DNA from: Chloroflexota bacterium | GTDB taxonomy: Bacteria; Chloroflexota; Dehalococcoidia; JACPEP01 | Assembly (NCBI GenBank): GCA_016183425.1 | Contig: JACPEP010000041.1 | Location: forward strand, 3,704 to 67,703 | Direction: 5' to 3' | DNA: 64,000 bases | In this document: positions 8,731 through 18,139 of the stretch, in pieces | Position numbering within the stretch: position 1 is the stretch's first letter | How the letters are laid out: every line of letters starts with the position of its first letter | Translations under genes and position numbers: made by a program | The notes under the pieces: model-generated | The model's database searches: none | What the model saw: the letters and a program-made list of their open reading frames with translations, nothing else | Told to the model about the DNA's origin: nothing

Positions 8731-10095
8731 ATGGAACAACTCACTGGCATCGACGAAGAGCGTTATCTGGAACCCGTTAAGAAGGTGGGGAGGGGGTTCT
8801 ATATCACGGTGGCTTTCCTTCTCTCCATCATCGCCTGGGGAGCCTTCGCCTGGTACACCCAGTTCCAGACTGGGCTAGGGATCACCGGCTTGAATCGGCC
8901 GGTGTTCTGGGGGTTCTACATCACCAACTTTGTTTTCTTCATCGGCATCAGCCACGCCGGGACCCTGGTGTCCGCCATTTTGCGCCTCACTCAAGCCGGA
9001 TGGCGGCGCCCCATCACCCGCGTCGCCGAGGCCATCACCGTCTTCACCCTCCCCGTGGGTGCCATGAACGTCCTCTTCGACGTGGGGCGGCCCGATCGGA
9101 TACTGAACATCATCCTCCACCCCCAGGGCCGCTCTCCCTTAATATGGGACATCGGCAGCATCAGCATGTACCTGACGGCCAGCGTCATCTACCTCTACCT
9201 GCCCCTCATTCCCGACATCGCCTTGTGCCGCGACCGCATTGGAGGGTGGCGGCAGGAGCTTTACCGTATTCTGGCCCTGGGCTGGAGGGGCACGGAGGCC
9301 CAGAAAAAGCGCCTCAAGATGGGCATCGGCATTATGGCCGTAGTGGTCATCCCTATCGCCGTCTCGGTGCACACGGTGGTCTCCTGGATATTTGGCATGA
9401 CAACGCGGGCCGGGTGGCACAGCACCATCTTCGGCCCTTATTTCGTAGTGGGGGCCATCTTCTCCGGCATCGCGGCGGCCATCCTGGCCATGGCCGTGGT
9501 GCGGAAGGTCTTCCATATGGAGCACACCTTGAAGCCCCGCCACTTCGACTATATGGGTCTTCTTCTTCTGGTACTCACTGCCGCCTATATCTACTTCACC
9601 TTTGCCGAGTATCTTACCGTCTACTACGGCTACGGCGGCTCCGCCACCGAGGGATCCCTCCTCACCGCCCTGTTCACGGGCGAGTTCGCTCTAACCTTCT
9701 GGGTCATGGTGGTCTTCGGTTTCTTTGTGCCGGGCATCATCCTGGCCTTCCCCCAGGGGCGGAGCATCCGGGGGACGGTAATCGCCTCGGTGCTCATCGT
9801 GTTCTTCATGTGGGTCAAGAGGTTTATCATCGTCGTCCCCTCTCTTTCCCGACAGTTTCTTCCCTATCCCACCGGCTTCTACCAGGCGACCTGGGTAGAG
9901 TGGTCACTGACGGCGGCCAGCTTCGCCGTCTTTGTCCTCCTCTACGTCGTCTTCTCCCGGATGTTCCCCATCGTTTCGGTATGGGAGCTAAAGGAGGGGG
10001 AGGAGGAAGCCAGGGAGAAGGCAGAGGAAGCGGCGAAAATGCTGGCCCCCGCAGGGGCTCCGAGACAGTCTCGGGCCAGCGAGGTTTTGGGGTAA
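8731..10095 (+). CDS. NrfD/PsrC-type polytopic membrane anchor subunit (quinone-interacting)
   Basis: 454-aa highly hydrophobic ORF with 8-10 predicted TM helices, immediately downstream of the A and B subunits. C-terminal acidic tail. Confidence 0.8.
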   Translation: MEQLTGIDEERYLEPVKKVGRGFYITVAFLLSIIAWGAFAWYTQFQTGLGITGLNRPVFWGFYITNFVFFIGISHAGTLVSAILRLTQAGWRRPITRVAEAITVFTLPVGAMNVLFDVGRPDRILNIILHPQGRSPLIWDIGSISMYLTASVIYLYLPLIPDIALCRDRIGGWRQELYRILALGWRGTEAQKKRLKMGIGIMAVVVIPIAVSVHTVVSWIFGMTTRAGWHSTIFGPYFVVGAIFSGIAAAILAMAVVRKVFHMEHTLKPRHFDYMGLLLLVLTAAYIYFTFAEYLTVYYGYGGSATEGSLLTALFTGEFALTFWVMVVFGFFVPGIILAFPQGRSIRGTVIASVLIVFFMWVKRFIIVVPSLSRQFLPYPTGFYQATWVEWSLTAASFAVFVLLYVVFSRMFPIVSVWELKEGEEEAREKAEEAAKMLAPAGAPRQSRASEVLG

Positions 10096-10098
10096 GCA

Positions 10099-11769
10099 AT
10101 GATAGGCAACCAGCGGCGGGGTGGGGTTGTCCTCTGCCGTTGCCACGGCCAGAATTCAGGTAGCATAGACCTGGAGACGGTAGGTCGCTTCCTGAGGGAG
10201 GCCTTTCCCGGTACTCCGGTGGAGGTAGCCGACGATCTGTGCCGCGACACAGCGCCCGTGGCCCATCTCATCAAGAATGTCGGGCCCACCTGCCTGGTGG
10301 TGGGGGCCTGCGGGGAAGGTGGGGTGGCGGCCCGGGTGAGGCGTCGCGCCTCGCAAAACGGGCTGGACCCCTATTCCGTTTCCCTGGTAGCCCTGCGGGA
10401 GCGCAGCGCCCTGGTTCACCCCTATGACCAGAGCACCGAAAAGGCAAAGCTCCTCATGGCGTCGGGCCTCCGGCGTAGCCTGGCTTTTTCGGGCACCCAT
10501 CCCTGCAATCTTCGGCCCCGGCTGGGGGGAAATGGTGGCATGAGCCGGCGCAGCCTCCTCAGCCTGGCCTTCATTCAGCAACAGGTCATTCCCCATGTGG
10601 AAACTAGATCCTGTCTCGCCTGGCGAGGCTGTCGTAACTGTCTAGCCTCCTGCCCGGCGAAAGCCCTCTTCGTGTCTGAGGAGCGACTGGTAATCGATTC
10701 TGAGCGCTGCCGGGGCTGTGGCCTGTGCACCATCGCCTGCCCCGTAAACGCCCTTCGTCTCCCCACCGCCACGGTGGAGGAGATGGATGAGGCGATGGGG
10801 GGCCTTCTGGCTCAGAGAGGGGTAAGTCTGGAGCCGCGGCTCCTCCTTCTCACTTGCAGCGGCACGTCCCGGGTATTGGATGGCGGGGCAGGTACGGAGT
10901 ATCCCGCCGCCGTGCTGCCCCTGGAGCTGCCCTGTTTGGGCATGGCCTCCAGCTTCCTGCTTCTACGAGCACTGGAACGGGGCGCCTGGGGAGTGGGCCT
11001 CCTCTCCTGCAACGGGAAGTGTGACTACGGTTTCTTGTGCCATCTGGAGAGGCGAGTAGAACAGGCCAACGCAGTGGCTCAGGGCCTGGGGCTGGGGGAA
11101 CGTAGGATATCCCTCCTGGCCCCTGGGGAGAGGGAGGCTGTGGTACAGGGACTAAAAGAGCTAGTCTCCTACTTTAAGGGAGCCGGTCCCCACCGGCTGA
11201 CGGGCATAGAGGCCACCCCTTTGGGGGATGAGGGGTCATCCCTGGGCCTCCTGCTTTACCGTATGAGCCAGGGGGCGTCGGACGGCGCGGTTTCCCTTCC
11301 CCATGCCGAGGATTTCCCCTTGGGCCAGGTGGCCGTAGACCCCTCTCAGTGCATCGCCTGCGGCGTATGTGCCGCCAACTGCCCCACGGGGGCGTTGCGG
11401 GCCAAAGAGGAGGCGGGGGTTTTCCGCCTCACCTTCAGCCACGTCTCCTGCGTCGCCTGCCAGCTGTGTTTCAAGGTATGCCCCCAGCGACCCCGGGCCC
11501 TGACCGTGGCGGCAGGGTTGGATTGGGGGCGGATTAGCCAGCCGCCGGAGGTGCTTTACGAGGAGATGATGACCCGTTGCCAGTCCTGTGGTGAGCCCTT
11601 CACCAGCCCAGGGGTGGCGCGGCGGGTACAAGAGGCTCTGGCCCGCCGGGGCGGCCTATTCAACTCAGCCTATGTGGCCAGCCTTTGTCCTCGTTGCCGC
11701 CTGAGCGGGGGTATCTTGGCCCAATCTTTAAAGAAGAACCTGGTCGCGGCGGCCCCTAAGAACTTCTAA
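10099..11769 (+). CDS. cytoplasmic iron-sulfur protein with two MvhD/FlpD-like (hydrogenase iron-sulfur subunit) domains, each followed by a 4Fe-4S ferredoxin domain
   Basis: The first MvhD-like segment is VVLCRCHGQ...PVEVADDLCRD...GPTCLVVGACGEG. A second, stronger one is LLLLTCSGTS...LPLELPCLGMASSFLLLRALERGAWGVGLLSCNGKCDYGFLCH. Ferredoxin motifs are CRGCGLCTIACP, CIACGVCAANCP and CVACQLCFKVCP. It starts 4 nt after the NrfD-like gene. Confidence 0.7.
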   Translation: MIGNQRRGGVVLCRCHGQNSGSIDLETVGRFLREAFPGTPVEVADDLCRDTAPVAHLIKNVGPTCLVVGACGEGGVAARVRRRASQNGLDPYSVSLVALRERSALVHPYDQSTEKAKLLMASGLRRSLAFSGTHPCNLRPRLGGNGGMSRRSLLSLAFIQQQVIPHVETRSCLAWRGCRNCLASCPAKALFVSEERLVIDSERCRGCGLCTIACPVNALRLPTATVEEMDEAMGGLLAQRGVSLEPRLLLLTCSGTSRVLDGGAGTEYPAAVLPLELPCLGMASSFLLLRALERGAWGVGLLSCNGKCDYGFLCHLERRVEQANAVAQGLGLGERRISLLAPGEREAVVQGLKELVSYFKGAGPHRLTGIEATPLGDEGSSLGLLLYRMSQGASDGAVSLPHAEDFPLGQVAVDPSQCIACGVCAANCPTGALRAKEEAGVFRLTFSHVSCVACQLCFKVCPQRPRALTVAAGLDWGRISQPPEVLYEEMMTRCQSCGEPFTSPGVARRVQEALARRGGLFNSAYVASLCPRCRLSGGILAQSLKKNLVAAAPKNF

Positions 11770-11776
11770 AAAAGGC

Positions 11777-12199
11777 TTATTCCCCCATTATCTGCAAAAC
11801 CACCTCCCGAGAGCGGGACCGGTTATCGAAGTCTACCACCACTATCTGCTGCCAGGTGCCCAGGGTGAGGCCGCCATGGGTCACGGGCACCACCAGGGAC
11901 GCACCCAGGAGGGCGGCCCGAACATGGGAGTAGCCGTTCCCGTCGCCCCAGGCCCGGTCGTGCTGATAGTCCACATCCGTGGGGACAAGGCGCTGCCAGG
12001 CAGTTTTGAAGTCCTCCAGAAGGCCCTTCTCGAACTCTATAGTGGTCACCGCCGCCGTGGAGCCGGTGATGAAGATGGTAACGATTCCCTCTTTGATTCC
12101 TGAACGAGCCACCTCTTGGGCCACCGGGCCGATAATGTCGATAATGTCGCCGTGTCCTCTGGTTTGTAAGCCGATGCGCTGCGTCACTACCATAGTCAC
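11777..12199 (-). CDS. YjbQ/UPF0047 family protein (secondary thiamine-phosphate synthase-like)
   Basis: The 140-aa sequence has the typical YjbQ pattern (IIDIIGPV..., GIVTIFITGSTAAVTTIEFE, ...GLTLGTWQQIVVVDFD). Confidence 0.8.
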   Translation of the reverse strand: MTMVVTQRIGLQTRGHGDIIDIIGPVAQEVARSGIKEGIVTIFITGSTAAVTTIEFEKGLLEDFKTAWQRLVPTDVDYQHDRAWGDGNGYSHVRAALLGASLVVPVTHGGLTLGTWQQIVVVDFDNRSRSREVVLQIMGE

Positions 12200-12498
12200 C
12201 TCTTTCTGAGCAGGCTATCTTGAGACTAACAACCCCGGGCAAGGGTGTCAACAGCGTCCTCGGTTCGGAATGACAGGATACTTTCCCCTGGCCGGGCACA
12301 ATTTATTAGGGTCAGATGGGGAGTGTCTTCCTCACCCTGCCCTGAACGCTACACGTCCTCTCTTAGGTCCGCCCATTAAAAGGGCGACACGGATGAGCAC
12401 CCTTTCGAGGACAGGCTTGCCCCTCTCCCCTCCTTTTGCTATCATGGGTTAAATAGACCTTGAATTGTCTACTGAAGTTACTTTAAAAGGAGGGCCTC

Positions 12499-13026
12499 AT
12501 GCGCATACTAGATGAACTGCCCAAGTTCCCTACCCGGGGCGCGCCTGCCTTCAACCCCACCCAGTGGCGGCTGGTGGTGGACGGGCTGGTGGCCACACCT
12601 GTTCAAATGACCTATGATGAAGTGCTTCGCCTCCCTTACACTGCCATGAAGAGCGATTTCGAGTGCGTGGACGGCTGGCGCGTCCCTGGCCTGGGCTGGG
12701 AGGGGTTCTCTCTCCGCGCCATAGTGGACATGGCACAGCCCCTACCTCAGGCCACCTTTGTTGCCTTCCACTCCGGTACTTACCGCATCAGCCTCCCCCT
12801 GGAGGAAGCCTTAGCGCCGGGGGTGATGCTGGCTCACCACCTCCATGGCTCACCGCTGCCCTATGAGTACGGAGCGCCCCTGCGTCTGGTGACTGACGGC
12901 AAGGAATGCTTCTATGGTGTGAAGTGGGTGCAGCGCCTGGAGTTCAGCGACAGCGACGCCGGGGATACCGCCAAAGACATCGCCCTGGGCCGCATCCAGG
13001 CCCGGCTCGCCCGCCAGGGAAGCTAG
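12499..13026 (+). CDS. sulfite-oxidase-family molybdopterin-binding domain protein (Oxidored_molyb only, 175 aa)
   Basis: The sequence W..VVDGLVATPVQMTYDEVLRLPYTAMKSDFECVDGWRVPGLGWEGFSLRAI...GAPLRLV...YGVKWVQRLEF is typical of the YedY/sulfite-oxidase Moco domain. Confidence 0.75.
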   Translation: MRILDELPKFPTRGAPAFNPTQWRLVVDGLVATPVQMTYDEVLRLPYTAMKSDFECVDGWRVPGLGWEGFSLRAIVDMAQPLPQATFVAFHSGTYRISLPLEEALAPGVMLAHHLHGSPLPYEYGAPLRLVTDGKECFYGVKWVQRLEFSDSDAGDTAKDIALGRIQARLARQGS

Positions 13027-13515
13027 GTGAAATTCTGCCCTCAATGCGCCACCCCCCTGGCGGACAAAATGGCCTTCGGCCGATTGAGGCCCCACTGTCC
13101 CGCCTGCGGCTTTACCTACTTTCACGACCCCAAGGTGGCGGTGGCGGTCATCTTGGCCAAAGATAGTCAGGTACTGTTGAGCCGCCGCAACCACGACCCC
13201 CAAAAAGGGGCGTGGAGCTTTCCCGCTGGCTACGTAGATGCTGGTGAGCGGGTGGAGGAGGCCGGCCGGCGGGAGGTGAGGGAGGAAACCAACCTGGAGA
13301 TTGCCATCGACCGCCTCTTGGGGGTCTACTCCGAGGCAGGAAACCCCGTCATTCTCATCGTCTACACCGGACGCATCCTGTCGGGCGTCCCCCACCCTGG
13401 CCCGGAGGCCGCGGAGGTCCGCTTCTTCCCGCCGGATGAGGTGCCCCCATTGGCCTTCCCCCACGACCGGCAGGTGCTGGAAGACTGGCTGCGGTCGGGC
13501 GGCAAGAAGACATAG
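13027..13515 (+). CDS. NUDIX hydrolase with an N-terminal zinc ribbon
   Basis: CPQC...CPACG zinc ribbon. NUDIX box GYVDAGERVEEAGRREVREETNLEI. GTG start abuts the upstream stop codon. Confidence 0.8.
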   Translation: MKFCPQCATPLADKMAFGRLRPHCPACGFTYFHDPKVAVAVILAKDSQVLLSRRNHDPQKGAWSFPAGYVDAGERVEEAGRREVREETNLEIAIDRLLGVYSEAGNPVILIVYTGRILSGVPHPGPEAAEVRFFPPDEVPPLAFPHDRQVLEDWLRSGGKKT

Positions 13516-13521
13516 ACCCCC

Positions 13522-14628
13522 ATGTCCCTGGCGGCCGAGGTAAAGGAGAGAGCCCTAGAGATGGGCTTCCATGCCGCGGGCATTGCCACGGTAGAGCCTT
13601 TTCCTGAGGTTGAAAAGGCCTTCCTGGAGCGACAAGGAGCCTTCTCTGGCCTGAGGTGGTTCACTCCCCAGCGGGCCTATATCGCCAGCCACCCCCAGGC
13701 CATCCTCCCCCCAGCGCGCTCCATCATATCCGTTGCCCTGAGCTACGGGAAGGAATTGCCAGAGTCAGGGGGCGAGGGTCCCCGGGGGCGGCTATCCCGA
13801 TATACCCAGGGGCAGGACTACCACCGAAGGTTGTCTGCCAAACTCAGGGAGCTGGTAAGCTTCATGGAGAAGGGGTCCTGCCAAAAGCGGGGCGGAGAGA
13901 CCAGGATAGTGGTGGATTCATTTCCGTTGGCAGAGCGAGCAGTGGCCCACCGGGCGGGGGTGGGATGGTTCGGCAAGAACAGCAATATCTTCGTTCCTCA
14001 AAAAGGCTCCTGGGTCTTCCTGGGCGAGATCATCTCCAACGTGGAGATGGCCCCGGACCAGCCCCTGGCCAAGAGCTGTGGCAACTGTCGCGCTTGCATC
14101 CAGGCCTGCCCCACCGGTGCCATCACCGCCCCCTACGCAGTGGAGAACGACCGCTGCATCTCTTTCCTCACCATCGAGCTGAAAGGCAGTCTGCCCCGCC
14201 CCCTGCGGCCCCTCATGGGAGACTGGATTTTCGGCTGCGATGTATGCCAGGAGGTCTGCCCCGTGAACCGACGACTGGCAGGAGAGTCAGTGGTTCCCAC
14301 GTTGCCCTTGATTCCTTTGTTGCGGATGGGGGAGGCTGAGTTCAACCTGAAGTTCGCCGGAAGGCCGATGCAACGGGCCCAGAGGTCCGGCCTGCGGCGC
14401 AACGCCGCGGTGGCCCTGGGCAACCTGGGACACCCCCAGGGGCTGCCGGCCCTAATAGAGGCTCTCGAGGATAGCGACCCCGTGCTACGGGAGCATATTG
14501 CCTGGGCCCTGGAGCAGTTGGGTGGAAAGAGGGCGCAGGCCGCCCTGGAAAAGGCGTGGAGACATGAGACCCACGCCCCGGCCCGAGAGGAGATGGCTCT
14601 GGCCTTGGGGAGTCTGACGGCTGCCTAA
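13522..14628 (+). CDS. queG: epoxyqueuosine reductase (tRNA queuosine biosynthesis)
   Basis: QueG-like N-terminus with two 4Fe-4S motifs (CGNCRACIQACPTGAI, CDVCQEVCPVN). C-terminal HEAT-like repeats. Confidence 0.8.
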   Translation: MSLAAEVKERALEMGFHAAGIATVEPFPEVEKAFLERQGAFSGLRWFTPQRAYIASHPQAILPPARSIISVALSYGKELPESGGEGPRGRLSRYTQGQDYHRRLSAKLRELVSFMEKGSCQKRGGETRIVVDSFPLAERAVAHRAGVGWFGKNSNIFVPQKGSWVFLGEIISNVEMAPDQPLAKSCGNCRACIQACPTGAITAPYAVENDRCISFLTIELKGSLPRPLRPLMGDWIFGCDVCQEVCPVNRRLAGESVVPTLPLIPLLRMGEAEFNLKFAGRPMQRAQRSGLRRNAAVALGNLGHPQGLPALIEALEDSDPVLREHIAWALEQLGGKRAQAALEKAWRHETHAPAREEMALALGSLTAA

Positions 14629-14664
14629 AAGGCCGATTTAGATAATGCAGTATACTTGATACCT

Positions 14665-14678
14665 CACACTTAAGTGTG
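14665..14678. promoter_or_regulatory. perfect 14-bp palindrome CACACTTAAGTGTG in the queG/NmrA-like intergenic region (candidate operator or short hairpin)
   Basis: Exact inverted repeat 44 nt upstream of the ATG at 14722. Confidence 0.25.
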
Positions 14679-14721
14679 GGGCATCAACCAACCCTGAAGC
14701 ATAGGAATTGGGGATGTCACC

Positions 14722-15666
14722 ATGGACAACGGCGAACTGAACGTAGTGACCGGAGCCTTCAGCTACACCGGCAAGTACATCGCGCGGCGCCTCCTGGCCC
14801 TGGGAAAGCGCGTGCGCACCCTCACCGGGCGTCCTCAAAGTGAAAGCCCCTTCGGAGATCAGGTGATGGCTTACCCCTTCAACTTTCGTCGTCCCGAGGC
14901 TCTGCGGGAGAGCCTGCGGGGGGTAACCACCCTCTACAATACCTACTGGATTCGCTTCCCCTGGCGAGACGTTACCTTCGATAAAGCGGTGGCAAACACC
15001 CGGGTGCTCATCAAGGCGGCGGAAGAGGCGGGGGTGCGTCGGCTGGTGCATATCAGCATCACCAACGCTACCGAGGACTCGCCTCTGCCTTACTTCAGGG
15101 GCAAGGCCCTGGTGGAGAAAGCTATCCGGGCGTCATCCCTGTCTTATGCTATTGTTCGGCCTACGGTGGTATTCGGGACGGAGGACATCCTCATCAACAA
15201 CATCGCCTGGTTTCTCAGAAAGTTTCCTGCCTTCTCCATCCCCGGCTCTGGGGAGTACCGCCTCCAACCCATCTTCGTTGACGACGTAGCGAAGATAGCC
15301 GTGGACGCCGGCCAACAGGAAGGCAGGTTGGAGGGGGATGCCGCCGGCCCGGACACCTATACCTTTGACGAGTTGGTGCGCCTCATCGCCGAGAAGATAC
15401 ATAGCCGGGCCAGGATCGTCCACCTGCCGCCGGGGCTGGCCCTTTTCCTGTCCCAACAGTTGGGCCACTTCCTGGGCGACGTGGTGCTCACCAAAGAGGA
15501 GGTGGCGGGGCTGATGTCCGGCCTCTTGGTATCCGGGGGCCCTCCCACCGCAAAAACGCGCCTCCCAGACTGGCTGGAGCAGAACGCCGGAACCGTGGGA
15601 ACCCAGTATATCTCAGAGCTGAGGCGTCACTATCGACGACCACGCCCTTCGTCTTCTTATAAATAA
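14722..15666 (+). CDS. NAD(P)H-binding NmrA-like/atypical SDR family oxidoreductase
   Basis: Rossmann glycine motif VVTGAFSYTGKYIARRLL and overall NmrA/epimerase-like organisation. Confidence 0.7.
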   Translation: MDNGELNVVTGAFSYTGKYIARRLLALGKRVRTLTGRPQSESPFGDQVMAYPFNFRRPEALRESLRGVTTLYNTYWIRFPWRDVTFDKAVANTRVLIKAAEEAGVRRLVHISITNATEDSPLPYFRGKALVEKAIRASSLSYAIVRPTVVFGTEDILINNIAWFLRKFPAFSIPGSGEYRLQPIFVDDVAKIAVDAGQQEGRLEGDAAGPDTYTFDELVRLIAEKIHSRARIVHLPPGLALFLSQQLGHFLGDVVLTKEEVAGLMSGLLVSGGPPTAKTRLPDWLEQNAGTVGTQYISELRRHYRRPRPSSSYK

Positions 15667-15821
15667 AGTGGCGAAGTTGTGGACAGGGTAGTCGGCGTCG
15701 TCCCTGATCCGTCAGAGGCGGAGGGTCGGGACGACCCCGACTACATATGGGGCCATATGGGGCGAAGCTGTGAATTAATATTGCTGAGGGGGCGAAGTCC
15801 CTCTAGAAAAGGAGTCTCGCC

Positions 15822-18137
15822 GTGGAAGCTACCTACAACGTCATTGGCAAGCGTATACCTCGCAAAGACGGCGCCGATAAGGTTACCGGCCGCGCCCTTT
15901 ATGGCGCCGACCTTCGTCTCCCCAGAACCCTGGTGGCCAAGCTGCTCCGCAGCCCCCACCCCCACGCTCGCATCCTGAACATCGATGTCCGGCCCGCCCT
16001 GGCGCTGGCCGGAGTCAAGGCCGTGGTCACGGGGCAGGATGTCCCCGCCACCCTCATCGGCCGTTTCATCAAGGACCGCCCCATCCTGGCCCGGGACAAG
16101 GTGAGGTACATCGGCGACCCGGTGGCGGCGGTGGTGGCCGTGGACGAGAATACCGCCCAGGAGGCCACGGAGCGTATCAAGGTGGACTACCAGGTGCTGC
16201 CCGCCCTCTTCGACCCCCGGGAGGCCATGACGCCCCAGGCGAGACCCATTCACGAAGACCTGGACAGCTACCAACTGGGCTACACCCGTTCTCGAAAGGA
16301 GCCCAACATCCTCAACTACGCCTCCTATGTGCGGGGAGACACGAATCGCGCCCTGGCCCAGGCCGACGTTATCCACGAGGAGCACTACGTCACCCAGGTA
16401 GTGCATCAGGGTTTCACCGAGCCCCACAGCGCCGTGGTCTACGTGGAGCCCTCGGGGCAGATGGTGGTGTGGTCCAGCACCAAAAGTCCCTTTGTGCAGC
16501 GCAACATGATCGCCCAGGGGCTGGGGATTCCCATGTCCCGGGTGCGGGTCATCGCCAGCATGGTGGGGGGAGACTTTGGCGGCAAGGGGGGCGGTGTCCT
16601 GGAGCCCCTGGTCGCCTTCCTGGCGCTAAAGGTCATGGCGCCGATTAAGCTGGTGTTGACCAGGGAAGAGGAGTTTGTGGGCACCTTCATGCGTCACCCC
16701 GCCCTTATCTGGATAAAGGCGGGCGCCCAAAGAGACGGCACCCTGGTGGCGGTGGAGGGGCGCCTCATCTTTGACGTGGGGGCCTACTCTGATGCCGCCA
16801 CAGGACTGGTTACCGCCTGTCTCAACCTTCAGGGGCCCTATCGCGTGGCCAACATCAACCTGGAGGGCTTCTGCGTCTACACCAACAACACCCCCAGCGG
16901 CCATGTTCGAGCGCCGGGGGCACCCCAGACCGTCTTCGCCGGCGAGTCCCACATGGACGCCCTGGCCCACAAGCTGGGCATGGAACCCCTAGAGTTCCGC
17001 CTCCGCAACGCCGTGGCGGAGGGGGACACGGCCGCCAGCGGCCGCGGCATACTGCGCAGCGTTGGCTTGCGCGATACCATACAAGGAGTCAAAGAGTATC
17101 TGGCCCGGGAGAAAGGGCCCAAAAAAAAGAACCAGGGGTGGGGGGTGGCCTGCGGCCAGTGGCATGCTTCAGGCACGGTGGGGGAAAGCGGCCCTCCCTC
17201 CTCCGCCATCCTCAAGGTCAACGAGGACGGCACGGCGACCCTCCTCACCGGAACGGCGGAGCAGGGCGCGGGCCAGCACACCATTCTGGCCCAGATCGTG
17301 GCCCAGGTGCTGGATATTCCCTTCGACAACGTGTCCGTAGTGGCCGCCGACACCGATGCTACCCCCTACGAGGCGGGGACGGGGGGCAGCGCCACCACCT
17401 ACCGCGCCGGCAGCACCGTCAAACGGGCCGCCGAGGATGCCCGAGAGCAGCTTCTCCGCCTAGCAGCGGAGAAGCTGGAGGCCAACGTCTCGGACCTGGA
17501 GATGCGGGGGGGGCGGGTCTATGTCCAGGGCTCCCCTCAGCGGGGCATGACCCTGGCCCAACTGGGCCGAGCCGCTCTGAGCGCCGCCTCGGGGCCCATC
17601 CTGGGGGTCAGCTCCCGCCATCGAGAGGCGCTTCTGGCCGCCATGAAAGAGAACCGCCTCACCGTGGATGCCCCCTGCTATGGCACCCAGGCGGCCCAGG
17701 TGGAGGTTGACCCGGAGACGGGCCAGGTGCGGGTGTTGCGCTACTTCGCCTGTCAGGACGTGGGGCGCGCCCTCAACCCCTCCCACATCGAGGGCCAAAT
17801 CCACGGCTGCGTCGTCTCCGGCATCGGCTACGCCCTCACCGAAGAAGTCCGCTCCCAGGAAGGGAAGAACCTGAACGTAACCTTTGCCGACTACCGCATG
17901 CCTACCGCCCCCGACGCCCCGCCCCTGGCCTCGGCCCTGGTGGAGAAGCCCACCCTTTTCGGCCCCTACGGGGCCAAGGGGGTGGGGGAGCCTCCCACTA
18001 CTCCGGTGGCCGCCGTCATCGCCAACGCCATCTACGACGCTGTGGGGGTACGGGTCACCCAGCTTCCCATGACCCCGGAGCGGGTGGTGACGGCCATACG
18101 AAAGACCCCGGGCGAAGGCGCTCCCAGGCACCCTTAG
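15822..18137 (+). CDS. xanthine dehydrogenase/aldehyde oxidase family molybdopterin-binding large subunit (CoxL/XdhA-like)
   Basis: 771 aa with an N-terminal a/b-hammerhead (IGKRIPRKDGADKVTGRALYGAD) and Mo-cofactor-binding regions typical of the family. No CoxM/CoxS-like partners are present in the window. Confidence 0.8.
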   Translation: MEATYNVIGKRIPRKDGADKVTGRALYGADLRLPRTLVAKLLRSPHPHARILNIDVRPALALAGVKAVVTGQDVPATLIGRFIKDRPILARDKVRYIGDPVAAVVAVDENTAQEATERIKVDYQVLPALFDPREAMTPQARPIHEDLDSYQLGYTRSRKEPNILNYASYVRGDTNRALAQADVIHEEHYVTQVVHQGFTEPHSAVVYVEPSGQMVVWSSTKSPFVQRNMIAQGLGIPMSRVRVIASMVGGDFGGKGGGVLEPLVAFLALKVMAPIKLVLTREEEFVGTFMRHPALIWIKAGAQRDGTLVAVEGRLIFDVGAYSDAATGLVTACLNLQGPYRVANINLEGFCVYTNNTPSGHVRAPGAPQTVFAGESHMDALAHKLGMEPLEFRLRNAVAEGDTAASGRGILRSVGLRDTIQGVKEYLAREKGPKKKNQGWGVACGQWHASGTVGESGPPSSAILKVNEDGTATLLTGTAEQGAGQHTILAQIVAQVLDIPFDNVSVVAADTDATPYEAGTGGSATTYRAGSTVKRAAEDAREQLLRLAAEKLEANVSDLEMRGGRVYVQGSPQRGMTLAQLGRAALSAASGPILGVSSRHREALLAAMKENRLTVDAPCYGTQAAQVEVDPETGQVRVLRYFACQDVGRALNPSHIEGQIHGCVVSGIGYALTEEVRSQEGKNLNVTFADYRMPTAPDAPPLASALVEKPTLFGPYGAKGVGEPPTTPVAAVIANAIYDAVGVRVTQLPMTPERVVTAIRKTPGEGAPRHP

Positions 18138-18139
18138 AC

